Assembly: GCF_009914755.1 (NCBI RefSeq)
Contig: NC_060940.1
Direction: 5' to 3' (one strand)
Source of the DNA: the human T2T-CHM13v2.0 reference genome, Homo sapiens
Length of the DNA: 64,000 bases
Part shown: positions 1 to 13,280 of the stretch, in pieces
How positions within the stretch are numbered: the first letter of the stretch is position 1
Layout: each line of letters starts with the position of its first letter
Made by a program: the position numbers and the translations under genes
Notes under the pieces: model-generated
What the model saw: only the letters and a program-made list of their open reading frames with translations
What the model was told of the DNA's origin: nothing
The model's database searches: none

Positions 1-284
1 GAACCACCAGCGGTTTCTCTTCTCCTTCTAGAAAGAAAAGGAAGGCTAGGCCCGTGCCAGTGTGTCGGGAGCCCCTCTGTCGGGCGGGTCTGTGGTGGCC
101 GCTGTTGCCTGTTGGCCGTTTGGGTTGGTCCCGGTGGCTGGTGATGCCCTTCTCCAGGGAGTGTCCTTGCGTGGGTCCTGGCAGGCGTGTGCAGGGGCCC
201 CCAGGTGCCCTGCATGGCTTTGGCAGGGTTAGCCTTCCTTGTCGTTATCCTCTCACCCCTGCCCACCCTCTCCTCTGTCCCCAG

Positions 285-408
285 CACCCTACGGTCCCCG
301 TCTTCCCCCATCCACGAAGAGGATGAGGAGAAGCTCTCCGAGGACGTGGACGCCCCTCCCCCACTGGGTGGCGCAGAGCTGGCCCTGCGGGAAAGCAGCT
401 CCCCTGAG
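285..408 (+). CDS. MGRN1: MGRN1 (mahogunin RING finger 1 E3 ligase) internal coding exon, TLRSPSSPIHEEDEEKLSEDVDAPPPLGGAELALRESSSPE
   Basis: Pyrimidine tract + CCAG acceptor ending 284 and GAG|GTGAGG donor at 409; peptide recognised as the MGRN1 C-terminal region. Confidence 0.93.
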
Positions 409-685
409 GTGAGGCCCCCCCGGGGAAGCTTTGCGCACCCGCCCGGGCCAGCCCTCCTCCAGCTTCTGTCGCTGGAATCAGACCCCATCCCACTGCCCGC
501 CTGGGCGCCCCCGTGCTTGTTGGCTCTTGCTGAGCTGCGCGGCTCCTTAGCCTCGGTCTGTGGAGGCAGCACCCCCTGGTGGAGCGGCTGTGCGGTCCCG
601 GGAGGGCCGTGCCTGATGGCGGCTTGTCCTGGAGCGGTGGCCGCGGCTCTCTGAGCTCTAGGCTACTTTCCCCTTTGTTTCCTAG

Positions 686-731
686 AGTTTCATAACAGAA
701 GAGGTTGATGAGTCGTCGTCACCACAGCAAG
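686..731 (+). CDS. MGRN1: MGRN1 46-nt coding exon, SFITEEVDESSSPQQ(G)
   Basis: ttccctttgtttcctag acceptor and AAG|GTGAGC donor; phase 0 to 1 fits both neighbours. Confidence 0.92.
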
Positions 732-1304
732 GTGAGCGCCTCCTTCCATGGGCACAAACCGCATGCAGGGACCAGGCAGCCCTGGCTTACTGGGGCCTTA
801 GGGCTCCAGGTGGTGTTGGGCCAGCACCTCTTCTGCCCCAGGAACCCTCGGCCAAGAGGCCCCCCTCGGCGGCACTGGGATCCCGGCTGGGAGGGACTGA
901 ACGGGTGACTGGGTCAGGCTGCGCTGTTGACCCTGCAGGGCTGTCTGCCTGGGATGGGGAACACCTGCCAGCATTCAGTCCTGGTTTTGAAACATGAGCG
1001 TGGAATGTTTCTATGACCAAAAAAAAAAAAGCCCTATGCTCTGAACATCCAGGACACAGTGTAAAAAAGGGGAAAAAAAAGCCCCATGCTGGGGGATGGG
1101 AAGGAGGGAAATAGAAGGGAAACACCCAGCTTTGGGGTCCCTGGAGAGCAGGTGGGGTCACGGTGGAGTCCTGCTGGAGCACAAGCCTGGGGTCCCCACA
1201 GTGGCTACAGAGCCCTTGGGTAAGAGAGACGGCCTCCTGCCCAGAGGGACCTGCCGGGACCTGGCCCCTGCCTGTAGGTCCCTAACCTCACCCTCTGCCT
1301 GCAG

Positions 1305-1394
1305 GGACCCGAGCAGCTTCCATTGAGAATGTCCTGCAGGACAGCAGCCCCGAGCACTGTGGCCGAGGCCCACCTGCTGACATCTACCTGCCAG
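1305..1394 (+). CDS. MGRN1: MGRN1 penultimate coding exon, (G)TRAASIENVLQDSSPEHCGRGPPADIYLP
   Basis: ctctgcctgcag acceptor and CAG|GTAAGG donor; 90 nt, phase 1-1, open frame. Confidence 0.92.
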
Positions 1395-3709
1395 GTAAGG
1401 GGCTGGGGGTCTGGGGGTGAGGGGCTGGGTGCCTGTCTTAGTCCCCAGGGAGGGGGCCCTGCTCTGATGGTCGGTGCATAGCAGCAGAGGCTGTCCATTG
1501 GAGCCTGGTTCTCTCCCTGGCTCTCAGCCATGCCCCTGCTATTGACCGTGAAGCAGGATGCGGGCCAGGGCCATGGCCACAAAGCAGCCTCAGGCAGGGC
1601 CTGGCTCTTGGGAGCGGAACCTGCACCAAAGCCCCTTCCCTCCCTGGGGCCACATTGGCCACAGGAGGTGAGAGACGCGAGAGAGGCTGCCTGTGAGAGG
1701 ATGGGGTCCTTTTCCCTCTGCCTGCTGCTCACGCCAGGAGGGCAGATCCGGCCCCACTGGGATCACCACATGTTCCCCCACTCCTGGTCCTATCGTGGGC
1801 CCACAGGCCCCATGCTGGGTGCCACGTGCGCTCCTGGCAGTGCCTGAGAGCTGCAGACAGAGCAGGAGCAGGTACCACACGCTGTGCTGGGTAGCGGGGG
1901 CCCTGGGCCACAGAGCGCAGGGGCAGTGTCTTCTGGGTCACCCTGCCCCGGGCCTGACAGAGGCCACCTGATGCAGCAGCACATCCCAGGCCAGGCACAG
2001 AGGACGGCGGGGGCGCCAGGCGCCAGCGGGGAACAGCAAGGCAGCAAGGCCGGGACAGAGGGTTGCTCTTCTCACCTTTCCCGGAGGCTCGGGCCCCAGA
2101 CCCCATCAGCCAAGCACCTTCGTGCTCTGCTCTGCTGGGATAAGATCCTCAGTTTCGAATCCTAAGCTCTAAAGACCGGGAGGGAATGGGGGCTCTCAGA
2201 CTAGTGTCTCAGCACCTGCCACGAGGCTGTCTGCGGCTCTGGAACTGCGATAAACAGCCACGGTGCTTTCAGACATGACCCCAGAGCCACTGCTTAGGGA
2301 GTGTGGCTCTTCCCTCGCGGCTGCCAGGCTTCACCCGCTTCCTGGCCCCAGGGCCCACCATTGCTCAATCCTCCTGAGTCACCTGGTGACCTGGGCCTGA
2401 CATTGGGTGGTTGTGACGTGCTTTAGTTGGAAAGGGGCTCTTGTGCCCCCGGACTCTGGCTGAGCAGTGGCCTGTGCTCATGGGCTGGGCGTGACAGGTC
2501 GCAGGTGCAGGAGCAGGCACTGCCTCTGGTGCCCTGATGACCACAGCGGCCTGCCCCGAACAACTCACAGCAGAAGGTGTGTTTAGGACCAGCTTACCTT
2601 AAAGTGACACAGAATTCGAGTAAGGTCTTTCAGAGGATCTCAAATATTTCATTCTGATTAAAAACTTGGGGGGTGATCGGGGAAGAGGCCAGAAGGACCT
2701 CAGCTTCTGGGAGCCACGAACATGATATCTGATCCTGCAGGGTGGCCCTGTGGGGGAGCATCTCAGAGGCTGCGCCTCCCCTCTGTGGCCAGGCCTGGGA
2801 AGGATTGGGACAGCTACAGAGGAGGCCCACACAGAGGAGGCCAGGACTCCGAGTCTCATGCCCCACCCACAGGGGAGGGTCTCGGGCCTTCTTCAGGCCC
2901 ACAGACGGGGGCAGGCAGTCGTCATCTGTGGAGGCGGTAGAGGAGAGGCCGAGTCTACATCGGGGCAGCCTGAGGTGAACTCCTGGGCCCTGGGCCCCGC
3001 TCTTGGAGTTGGCTGCTGCTGAATGCCAGCAGGTCAGCCTGCACGGCCTCAGTTCTGAGCCACGGAGAGCACATGTGCCTTTGGGGGCTGTGTGGCGCCA
3101 TCTCCGTGGCTGTCAGCCTTGTCAGCACAGGTTTCTGTGTGTTTTTAAATCCATGTGGTGGCCCCTCTGTTCCACTGACTTTTTCACATCACAGAGCCCT
3201 TGACTGTCTATCCGTGTCTGTGCGTAAGGCATGAACACACGCCAGAGCCTTTGGTTTCTCATAGGGGTGCAGCCGCTGCCTGGCGGGGTGGGCGGCATCA
3301 CTGAACCCTGCTGTCCCTGTAGATGGGAGGGCCCATGAGATGGTGAACACTGGGGGCCCTGGTGTCTTGGACTTGGCCCTGAGCTCGGTCCTGTCTAGCC
3401 TCAGCCCCCCACCCAGGGCCTTCACTCCTGAAACCAGAGGTGGACTGCGCCCGTTAGGTCCTTCATGCGCCCTTCCCTAGGCTGCGGCAGCGGGAGGTAT
3501 GGGAGGGAGGGGCAGGGCCAGTGCGCTCCTCCGCGTTGAATTCTGCCTCCCAGCTGTGGTTCTCCTTGTGGTTCTCTGTGGTTGCAGCAGAGTGTTTGTT
3601 TCTAGACGGCCTCGACCGTGTCCCCAAGCTGGTGCCCTTGCTGTGGCTGTGCTGGCTGCTGCGCGCTTGCTAACCGAGCTTCCGTCTGTCTCTCCCCCTC
3701 TCCGCGCAG

Positions 3710-3750
3710 CCCTGGGGCCCGACTCCTGCTCTGTTGGTATAGACGAGTAA
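3710..3750 (+). CDS. MGRN1: MGRN1 last exon, proximal acceptor: short C-terminus ALGPDSCSVGIDE*
   Basis: ctaac branch point at about 3670, long pyrimidine tract, GCAG acceptor; phase-1 entry gives the recognised MGRN1 C-terminus. Confidence 0.9.
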
Positions 3751-4722
3751 GCCGGTACGTGACCTCCCAGACGCGCTTCGGGGGCTCTGACGCGCGTCCT
3801 TGGAGAGAGGAGCCCTCCCCTGCTCTCTGGCGGGGGTTCCTTCTGGTTTTTGGGTCTTCGTCCGCATCCGCATCTTCCCAGGGGCCCTGGATTCCGAATC
3901 CAGAGCTCTCCAGTGGCTGCTGCACCTTCCCCCAGAAAGTGGCCTCCTGGGGGGTCCTGACTTTCGGGGCCAGAGGTCTCTCCATCTGGACTAGGCGGCC
4001 GGTCAGGCTCTTCTTCCAGCCTTGAGGGGCCCTGGAACAGTCCCAGCCCAGGCAGGGAGACAGACACAGCCCAGGTGCGCCAGAGCCACTGTCCACTGCG
4101 GGAGGCAGGAGCTTGAGGGATGAGGGCAGCACCGTGGAGGGAACCCCAGGGAGACATGGGGTGAGCGTCCCAAGGGGAGAGGCCTGGGCCTGGCCTTGTT
4201 CCGGATGGTCCCACCATGAGTTCGCATCGGTCCTGCAGCAGACACGTTAGGACGCTCAGCAGGTCCACTCCCGTGTTCCGGTCATGGCTTTAACAATTCA
4301 TGGGGAAAGAATGCGCCCCGATTGGGAGAGCCCCTGGATCACGTCTTCCCAAGCTCAGTCCCTGTCTCTTGGAGGGAGTCCGTCCTCGAGGGGCCCTCTG
4401 GTGCCCAGGGGAGAGTATCTTGCGTCCTGTCCTGAGGGCGTCCGCTCACACAGCCACCTGCTCCCCCGCTCCCTCCTTCCCTTGTCAGCATGGCCACCGT
4501 GGGCCTGGCATCACCATGGGCCTGGCACACAGTCCCTCGTGGGCTGCCTTTGTGCCATGAGCCCACTGCTGCCGACTCACCTGTCCCTCCCAGTACTGGA
4601 ACCTTCTGGAACACCAGCACTAAAAGATAGGAGGCCCTGTGAGGTTGGCATCCCCCATCCCCCCCCAAGAGGCGCCCTCTACCAGGGTGGCCCAGGTGAG
4701 TGTTTTACAGAAGGCGGCTCTG

Positions 4723-4972
4723 TCCAGGCAGTGGTTCGCACCTATAAGCCCGGTACTTTGGGAGACCGAGGGGATAGATCACTTGAGCCCAGGAATTCAA
4801 GATCAGTGTAGAAAACATAGACCCCCTCTCTATAAAAAATAAAAAATTGGCTTGGGCGTGGTAGCTTGTGCCTGTGGTCCCAGCTACTCAGGGGTGCTGA
4901 GGTGGGAGGATTGCCGGAGCTGGGGAGGTCAAGGCCCACTCCAGCCTGAGACGCTGTCTCAATAAAAAAAAA
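4723..4972 (+). mobile_element. Old degenerate Alu (AluJ-like) in the MGRN1 long 3' UTR
   Basis: gtggttcgcacctataagcc...gatcacttgagcccagga...gtcccagctactcagg...actccagcctg and A-tail. Confidence 0.85.
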
Positions 4973-5028
4973 TACACACACACCCACCCACCCACTCCAG
5001 CCTGAGACCCTGTCTCAAGAAAAAAAAA

Positions 5029-5060
<32 letters not shown>
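4973..5060 (+). repeat. Duplicated Alu 3' end plus (CA)n microsatellite
   Basis: Two copies of cccactccagcctgagac.ctgtctcaa-A-run-tacacac; about 15 AC units at 5031-5060. Confidence 0.85.
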
Positions 5061-5062
<2 letters not shown>

Positions 5063-6247
5063 GGGAGAGAGAGAAGGCAGCTCCAGGAGTGCCACCAAAA
5101 TGTAGGCAGACGGATTGGGGACCCTCTGCCTTCCCAGAGGGTCTTGGCACACAAGCTGCGTGCAGCTCTGGTCTGCCGAGGCCCATGCAGCCTGCTGGGA
5201 GGTGCCTGGCCGGGGGTGCAGGCTCTAAGAGGCCCTTTCCCCTTGGGTGGACTTGAGCCGGGTCAGGGAGAACTTCGCTTCTTTTGACTGCGCTCTGCAT
5301 TCCCATGAACCTCTGTCTTCTTGAGCCCAGCGAGTCCCTCTGTTGACCCCTGTCCTGAGCCATTATACCCCTAGATTGAAACAGTCAGCACCTTTCAGAC
5401 GGCCCCGGCCTGCGCATCGGTGGAAGGTGCCATGCGAATGTCACGATTCAGGTCAAGCTTCCGGAGCTGGGGAGTGCAGGTGTGATCTAGAACAGGGCTC
5501 ACAGCCTCGGAAACCTGCTCTCGCCGCGGCCCCCGAAGAAAATAGACGCCCTTCACCGGAGAGTGGGGCCTGGGCCGTGTCTGCTGGGAGCCATGTGTCA
5601 GGGCTGGTGGCTGGGTGTCAGGCAGCCCTGAGGCCATGCTGGCCCCGTCCCAGGCTCTGCACCAGCACCATTGCCCAAGCCCCAGGGACGCCAGACCCAT
5701 CCGGGGACAGCGCCCGGCGGCGTCGTGCAGGCCACAGTCTGGGCATTGGGGCTCTGTGGGAGGCTCCTCTCTTTGCCTTGCAGTAGCCATCCGGGGGCTA
5801 CTCTGAGCACGGGCTTGTTCTCACCCAGGGCCGCTCCCGACCCCTGCACCCTGGGTTGACCGAGTTCCACCCTAACCCAGCCGTAAGAACCTTGGCAGGA
5901 CAGTGGCTGGCCACATCCCAGGAAACCGGAACCAGGGCAAGGGCAGGAGGCCCAGAGGGCATCCACCGCGGTGCCGTGTCGCGCTCTGACTCGGGGCTGC
6001 AGATCTGCTGTGGGTGTCCGGGGATCTGGGATCGTCTGTCCCAAGAGGGACACAGCGTATTTGGCACAGTTAGGGAGTCCCCGGGCCCTTGGTGTGCTCA
6101 CATCTGAGTGAATGCTGTTGTGGCCACAGGCGGCGGGAGTGGGGGTGCTGGATGGCCCAGCCCCTCTGGGGCTCCAGATCGGTAGGAGCGGGTGGCGTGG
6201 CACCAGGCATCCGAGTGTGACCCTCCTCCCTCTGCTCCCACCTGCAG

Positions 6248-6360
6248 GACGGCCCACCTCCATGGAGACGGCCCACGGCCTCGCCACCACCAGCCCCACC
6301 TGGCCTCCACTTGGTGGCCCCAGCCCCGATCCCAGCGCCGCCGAGCTGACCCCACTCTGA
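6248..6360 (+). CDS. MGRN1: MGRN1 last exon, distal acceptor: long C-terminus GRPTSMETAHGLATTSPTWPPLGGPSPDPSAAELTPL*
   Basis: Pyrimidine tract + CTGCAG acceptor ending 6247; phase-1 entry is open to TGA at 6360; recognised alternative MGRN1 C-terminus. Confidence 0.9.
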
Positions 6361-7219
6361 GAGCCTGGCCGAGCTGGCAGCATGGAGCCCTCGGCTCCCC
6401 AGACTTTGCCGAGGGGCTGCTCCGGACCCCGTTGTGAGCCGGCCTCCTGTCTGCATGCCCCCTGTGGCCACCAGGCTCCGAGGGGCCGTGGTGACTCTTG
6501 ATCAAAGAGCACAGTGAACTGTCCCTTCTGAGTCTCCCTTTTCTACAGTTGATATATTTGTAACTGGTACAAGATGAAGGACAGCAGCTTTCCATCCCTA
6601 GTTCAGAGCCCCCGTTCCCCAGGGTCCTGTGGGCTGAGCGGCTGGGGCTGGGGCTGCCCACGTGTGGCCTCCGCTGGCTCTGCCTGCTCCTGCAACAGTG
6701 CGGTCCCTGCCCGGAGAACTCAGGAGGCCTGCAGAAGAGAACTGATTGGTGGTCGAAGCACCATCTTCACAGATGTTCAGGGGCAGTGGGGGGCTCCAGG
6801 CACGGTCAATGAAGGAAACAGTGCCTGTCCACCCACCCTGCGTGTCACTGTGGCGGCCTGGCTGTCGCTGCTTTTTGTCCTCTGCCGTGTTTGCGCGGCC
6901 TCAGTGCCCTCCCTGGTGCGTCTGCGCTGGGGCCCTCAGTGCTCGGGGCCTTGGGGTGCATGGGTGCCGCCCTGGGCAGCTAGAGTGTCTCAGCCCGGTG
7001 CTGGGCCTGGCCGAGGGGCGGAGGCACAGCTGCTTCCAGCAGCCAGCATTCAGTGGCCTTGTCACCAAGCTCCACACCTCCTCCTGGTGCTGGCTTTGGT
7101 GACATCACAAGGCCCCTCCAGGTGCAGGGGCTTCTGTTTGGCAGGCCCCTGCCAGGGAGGACCTGGTGGCCTCCTCATTCTCTTTTGCCATTGGAATGTC
7201 CCCTTGCAGTTCTCTTCTC

Positions 7220-7515
<296 letters not shown>

Positions 7516-7984
7516 CCCTTGCAGTTCTCTCTGATTTGGTTTGTTCTGTCTCAGGCTTCTGTGGCAGGACTGGCCCAGGGAGGAGGAAGCCAGCAGCACA
7601 CCTGGGGAATGGGGTCCCGGCCGGGAGGCTTGGCCTCTGGGCGACCTCGTCCTGTTTTTTTTGTTTGTTTGTTTGTTTTTTTAAAGGTAAACCTCCTGGG
7701 CCGCAGATGGCAAAGGGAGTGCCTGGGCCTGGTGACCCAGGGCTGGATCCACCCCTGCGGAGCCCTGGGCCAGGCAGGTGTCTGCTGCTCACCTGGCTCT
7801 GGAGGGCTGCCCTGCAGCTGGGCCTGGGGACAGGTCGGCTGTGGGGCAGCTCAGTACCCTCCCTGAGGCTCACGGTGGCTCCGAGCATGAGGTCCGCCTC
7901 CTGGGCGAGACCCAGCAGTGGACAGCACGGTCCTCACACCCAGCTCCCTGCACACCCAGGCCAGCCACCCCTCCCGCTCGTGCA

Positions 7985-8140
7985 CAGGCACGCAGATGCG
8001 CTCACACGTACACACACACAAATGCACGCCCACTTGCACATGCTCACGCACACGTTCACACATGCACACTCACGCTCACACATGCTGTCACGCATACACA
8101 CACGCACATACTCCTGCACATGTTCCCATGCATGTGTGTG
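7985..8140 (+). repeat. Degenerate (CA)n-rich simple repeat
   Basis: cacacgtacacacacacaaatgcacgc...catgcacactcacgctcacacatg. Confidence 0.8.
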
Positions 8141-8406
8141 CACTCGGACCGAGCATCTCCCACGCACCTCTACCCCACCCCAAGCACCTCTCTCCCCCCA
8201 TGCACCTCTCCCCAACAACACACACAGCCCCCTGCACCGCCCGCCCCCCGCCCCCACCAAGGCCCCAGCCTCTGGCCATCAGTCCTGGTGCCAGAGCTTT
8301 GCGTGAAGTTCGGGCCGCAGAGTGGCCCGCTGGGACTCCCATGTGCTGCCGTCTGATGTGCTCAGATGGGCTCATCGTTGGTTCGTTTTTACTGTATATT
8401 TATAGT

Positions 8407-8412
8407 AATAAA
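8407..8412 (+). terminator. MGRN1: MGRN1 polyadenylation signal AATAAA (cleavage about 8430)
   Basis: Canonical hexamer preceded by U-rich/UGUA element (tttttactgtatatttata) and followed by tgtctgctccttcc. Confidence 0.85.
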
Positions 8413-10264
8413 ATCATGCAGCAATATCCTGTCTGCTCCTTCCTCCGGGTGCAGCCCTCAGGATTGTGGCTGTTTCCTGACCCGGAGTTTTGCCGCTGGG
8501 TGGTTGGCGGTGGCTCCCGCACCGTGGCAGCTCCACGGCCTCTGCCTGGCTTCCCTCTGGGGTCAGGGCAGTGAGCAAGGTGAGGGCTAACGAGAACGGG
8601 CAGCTCCCAGCCATCCCTGTCAGGGCTAGTTGTCTGGTTGGAGGGAAGCCACACCCTCCAGATTGGGCTCTCTCGTGAACAGGTGGTTGGGGAGCCCAGG
8701 GCCTCCAGGTTTGTGAGTAGTCGCTCCGGTCCCCATCTCTAGTCCTGATCATCTCAAGGCATTTGCTGAGCACCTGCTGTGCGTCAGTGGAGGCAGAAGA
8801 GCTGAGGCCCCGGCCCTGGCCCCGGGCGCCTGCCTTCCAGGCAGTGAGATGCCCAGCAGCTAATCAGAATCCTGCCAGGTTTGGTTACTATTAGGAAGAA
8901 AGTCAGCATGGTGGTGAGATGAACCCGTACAAGGTCTCATTTAACCGGGTGGCAGGGAGGGCCTCTCTGAGGAGACTTAAACAGCCCTGAGGGCTGAGGA
9001 GGAGCTGGCCCTGGAAGAGTGTTCCAGGTGGCAGGAGTGAGCCTGATGTGTCCCCTGGGGACGGAGCCCCTGGCTGGAGTGAAGGGCGCTGGATAGATAC
9101 TGAAGAGCTTGTAGGGGCTGCTGGAGTGTTTTTATAAGGGGGAGTCAGTTTTAAAAACAGGCTTCCAAGCGGAGAAGCAGTGCTAGCACCCTGCGGCTGG
9201 CGTGTGGAGGCCGGACGGTGGGAGCAGGTCTAGCTGCCCATGGTTGTGGGCTCGCAGGCTGGAGCCCGGCCCCAGGCCTCTGCACAGCCCCCGCTCCCCT
9301 GCCCAGGGAGTGGCCAGTGCCCCAGGGCACCCACCACACCACTGCCTACCACTCAGGGCCCCAGCTCCTTTGCGTGCAGGTCAAGCTGCCACCATGGCCC
9401 TTCTTTGAAGACTGTGAGGGTGGAGGGAAAGCCCGTGTTCTAGCCCATCAGTCCCTGCCCCGAGAAGGCTGCCACCCATGGGCCCTGCAGCTGCTCTGAC
9501 CTGCCTGGGTCTGGCCCCATCCCAGTGTGGGTAGAGGGGTGCCCAGGGTGTCAGACGGGTGCTTGCATGGGCCAGATGGGCTCCCCCTCTGTACCTCCCA
9601 GAAGAGCCAGCGCTTGTATTGATGTCTGGTCTCGGGGAGGGGCTGCAGCAAGGGGAGCCTCTCCTCCTCTGCCCCTGCGTCCCACGGGCCCTGGGCGCTG
9701 GCTGGGCTTGGCTGCCTAGGGGTGGGGCCCTCTTTGGGTGAGAGGACCCTTCCCCTCGCTGCCCTCTCGCCTTCTCACATGGTCGCTCACTCTGGAATCT
9801 GGACTTCCCCTGCTGCTTGCAGCTGTCCCATGTGACCCCTGACCCACTGGTGGCCACAGGAGGAGAGAGAGGTGCCCTCTCTGGGTCCTTATTCTCCACA
9901 TCTGAGGCCACCACGGACCTAACAGGTGAGTTTCCAATGCCCACCCTCTCCCTCTCTCTTCTCCTGCCTGCCTCCACTGAAGGCAGCCTTCTCTGTGCCA
10001 GCGAGCTCGGCCTCACTGCACGGCTCTCCCGAGGCTGTGCCCCAGCCCTGGGCACCCATGCTGTGAGTGCAGGCAGGGGGGTTCATGTGCTCAGCAAATC
10101 CATTCCCCTGGTGGGGAGGAAAGTGGCCCTGGGCCCTGCTGCTGGTGAGGTGAGCCTTGCCATCATGGAGTTCAGGGCACCTCGCTCTGCCTTGGGCTGT
10201 TTCGGATGCTTCTGAGCCCCAGAGACATCTCCAGTACAAACACAAGGTAAGTGGTAAGTACCTC

Positions 10265-10420
10265 AGGCCCTTGTGGAATCGGGATTCTGCCTCTGTCATC
10301 AACTGCCAGTTGTACTTAGGCAAGTTATGTCCCTCTCTGAGCTCCAAGTTCCTCATCGTAAATTGGGGAAACCCCTCTTCCCCCCACAGTACCTGGCACA
10401 GGGTGCCCGGCTTGGAGGAT
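10265..10420 (-). mobile_element. MIR-like fragment
   Basis: acttaggcaagttatgtccctctctgagctccaagttcctcatcgtaaattgggg resembles the MIR core. Confidence 0.6.
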
Positions 10421-10913
10421 GCTGGAAAGCTCCAGCCCCGGAATTTAAGTCACTTTCTGCCCAGCAAGCTGGGTCCACAGAGCCCCAGAGCTCCCGGTCG
10501 TCCGCCCTGACCCAGCGTGGACTCGGGGACTGGGGCACTCAAGCCCTGCCAAGCCCTGCTCCCCGTGCTGTCCTGGATCGAGCCTGCCAGCAGGGTGGCT
10601 AGGTCGGGACAGCTGTCGTGCATGGCAGGCGAAGGCCATCTCCCTCCGGGCTTGGGTCCGGTGGCGCTGGCGGAGCAAGGCTCCGGGGCATCTCTGGCTC
10701 GTGTGGTCGTGCCAAGGGTGCCATTGCGGATGGACGGGGCCATGCGGGCCGGGTCGGCCTCCTGGGGAGAAACGGGTGGGCGCAAGGGGATCGGCGCCAT
10801 CGAGGGTGGAGAAACCGCAGGGAATTTCGGCTGTCCGCTTTGGGGCGCCAAGGAAGATGTTCGTCGCCCACAATGTCAACCTTGAGCCACCACGGCACCG
10901 ACCAGTCGTCTAG

Positions 10914-12017
<1,104 letters not shown>

Positions 12018-12409
12018 TGAGCACAGCGGGGGTTGTAAAACTTGGGAACCTCATGTTGGGCGTGAAGGCTCTTGGGATTTGTACTTTGTGGTCTGGAAGG
12101 GCTGGACTGCGGGTGTTCAGGCTTCGTTGGGTGGACGGGGGGAGCATGGGGTGCGGACCCCGGGGTGGGGTGGCCTGGGTACGAGGGGGGGGAGTGCATG
12201 GGGTCAGCCTCCACACTTGCTTGGGGAGGAGGGGGCTGCACTGCTCCGAGGGAGCTGGCTGGCTTCTGCCAGGCCCTGCGTGGGTCTCCCATTAAGTCCT
12301 TGGCAAAGCTGGCTGCTCATACCCTGGCCTCATAGCTTCCAGGCCCCTCCTGCTGGAGGTGCCATTGTGTGGCAGGCCTGGCCCCAACCCCTACCTCCTG
12401 TCTGCGCAG

Positions 12410-12631
12410 GTGCTGGGCCTCGTGCGGGTCCCGCTGTACACCCAGAAGGACCGAGTCGGAGGCTTCCCCAACTTCCTGAGCAACGCCTTCGTGAGCACGG
12501 CTAAGTGCCAGCTCCTCTTTGCCCTCAAGGTGCTCAACATGATGCCCGAGGAGAAGCTGGTTGAGGCCCTGGCTGCAGCCACCGAGAAGCAGAAGAAGGC
12601 CCTGGAGAAGTTGCTCCCGGCCTCCTCTTGA
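12410..12631 (+). CDS. NUDT16L1: NUDT16L1/TIRR exon 3 CDS (aa 139-211, VLGLVRVPLYTQKD...LLPASS*)
   Basis: ctgtctgcgcag acceptor; exons sum to 211 aa. Confidence 0.96.
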   Translation: MLGLVRVPLYTQKDRVGGFPNFLSNAFVSTAKCQLLFALKVLNMMPEEKLVEALAAATEKQKKALEKLLPASS

Positions 12632-13274
12632 GGGCTGCCTGAGCTGGTGGCACCCTCCCCTGGGCCGGAAGACTGGGAATTCCTGCTAAGTGTGGCTTCT
12701 AGAGTGTTTGTGTGTACCCCGCTTCTGACTGCCTAGGGCGAGTGGGCATCCTGTCATCATCTCCACTGTCCCAAGCAGTCACTAGGTGGCGGCCGGGCCA
12801 GCTGGAACCCAGCCCATCCTCTCAGGCAGAGCAGGGTGGTCCGGGCACACTGGGCCTGCCTCTCCAGCCTCAGGATGCTCTTGTTTATTCTGGGCTCAGA
12901 CCCTCCTCTTGTACGTCTCATCACAGCTGGTAGAGACCCAGGAGTGCCTGATTGTCCCACAGGGGTGGCGCACAGCTCTGGGACCACTCAGAAGATGGGA
13001 TGTGTGGGTGGAGGATGCCTTGTCTCGGTCAGCTCATTCCTGCCTCCTTCCTGAGCCAGTTCAGGGCCTGGGGGAGAGCCAGCTTGGGGTAGGAAGTTAA
13101 TAATACTGTTAATTTGGGTTGTTGTTGGATTTACTTTGCTAGATTTTCTCTTTCACCACGTGTGAACTGTGGGTGAGGTTTCAAAGTAGCTTCACCCCAC
13201 GTGGCTTGGTTCCCAGGGACAGTCAGGGCCTCGGGGGCCCAGCTATGTACAACGAAGCTGTCGAAGGAGAAGAC

Positions 13275-13280
13275 AATAAA
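13275..13280 (+). terminator. NUDT16L1: NUDT16L1 polyadenylation signal AATAAA
   Basis: Hexamer with upstream TGTA and downstream GT-rich tract (tctgtgtgtttc...tgtgtttgttttgg). Confidence 0.85.

Noticed and set aside
3477-6512. 263-aa and 304-aa minus-strand ORFs in the MGRN1 3' region
   Set aside because: GC-rich UTR sequence with no recognisable domains, promoter or splice context
7536-8574. His/Thr-rich ORFs resembling metal-binding proteins
   Set aside because: Translation of the CA-rich repeat
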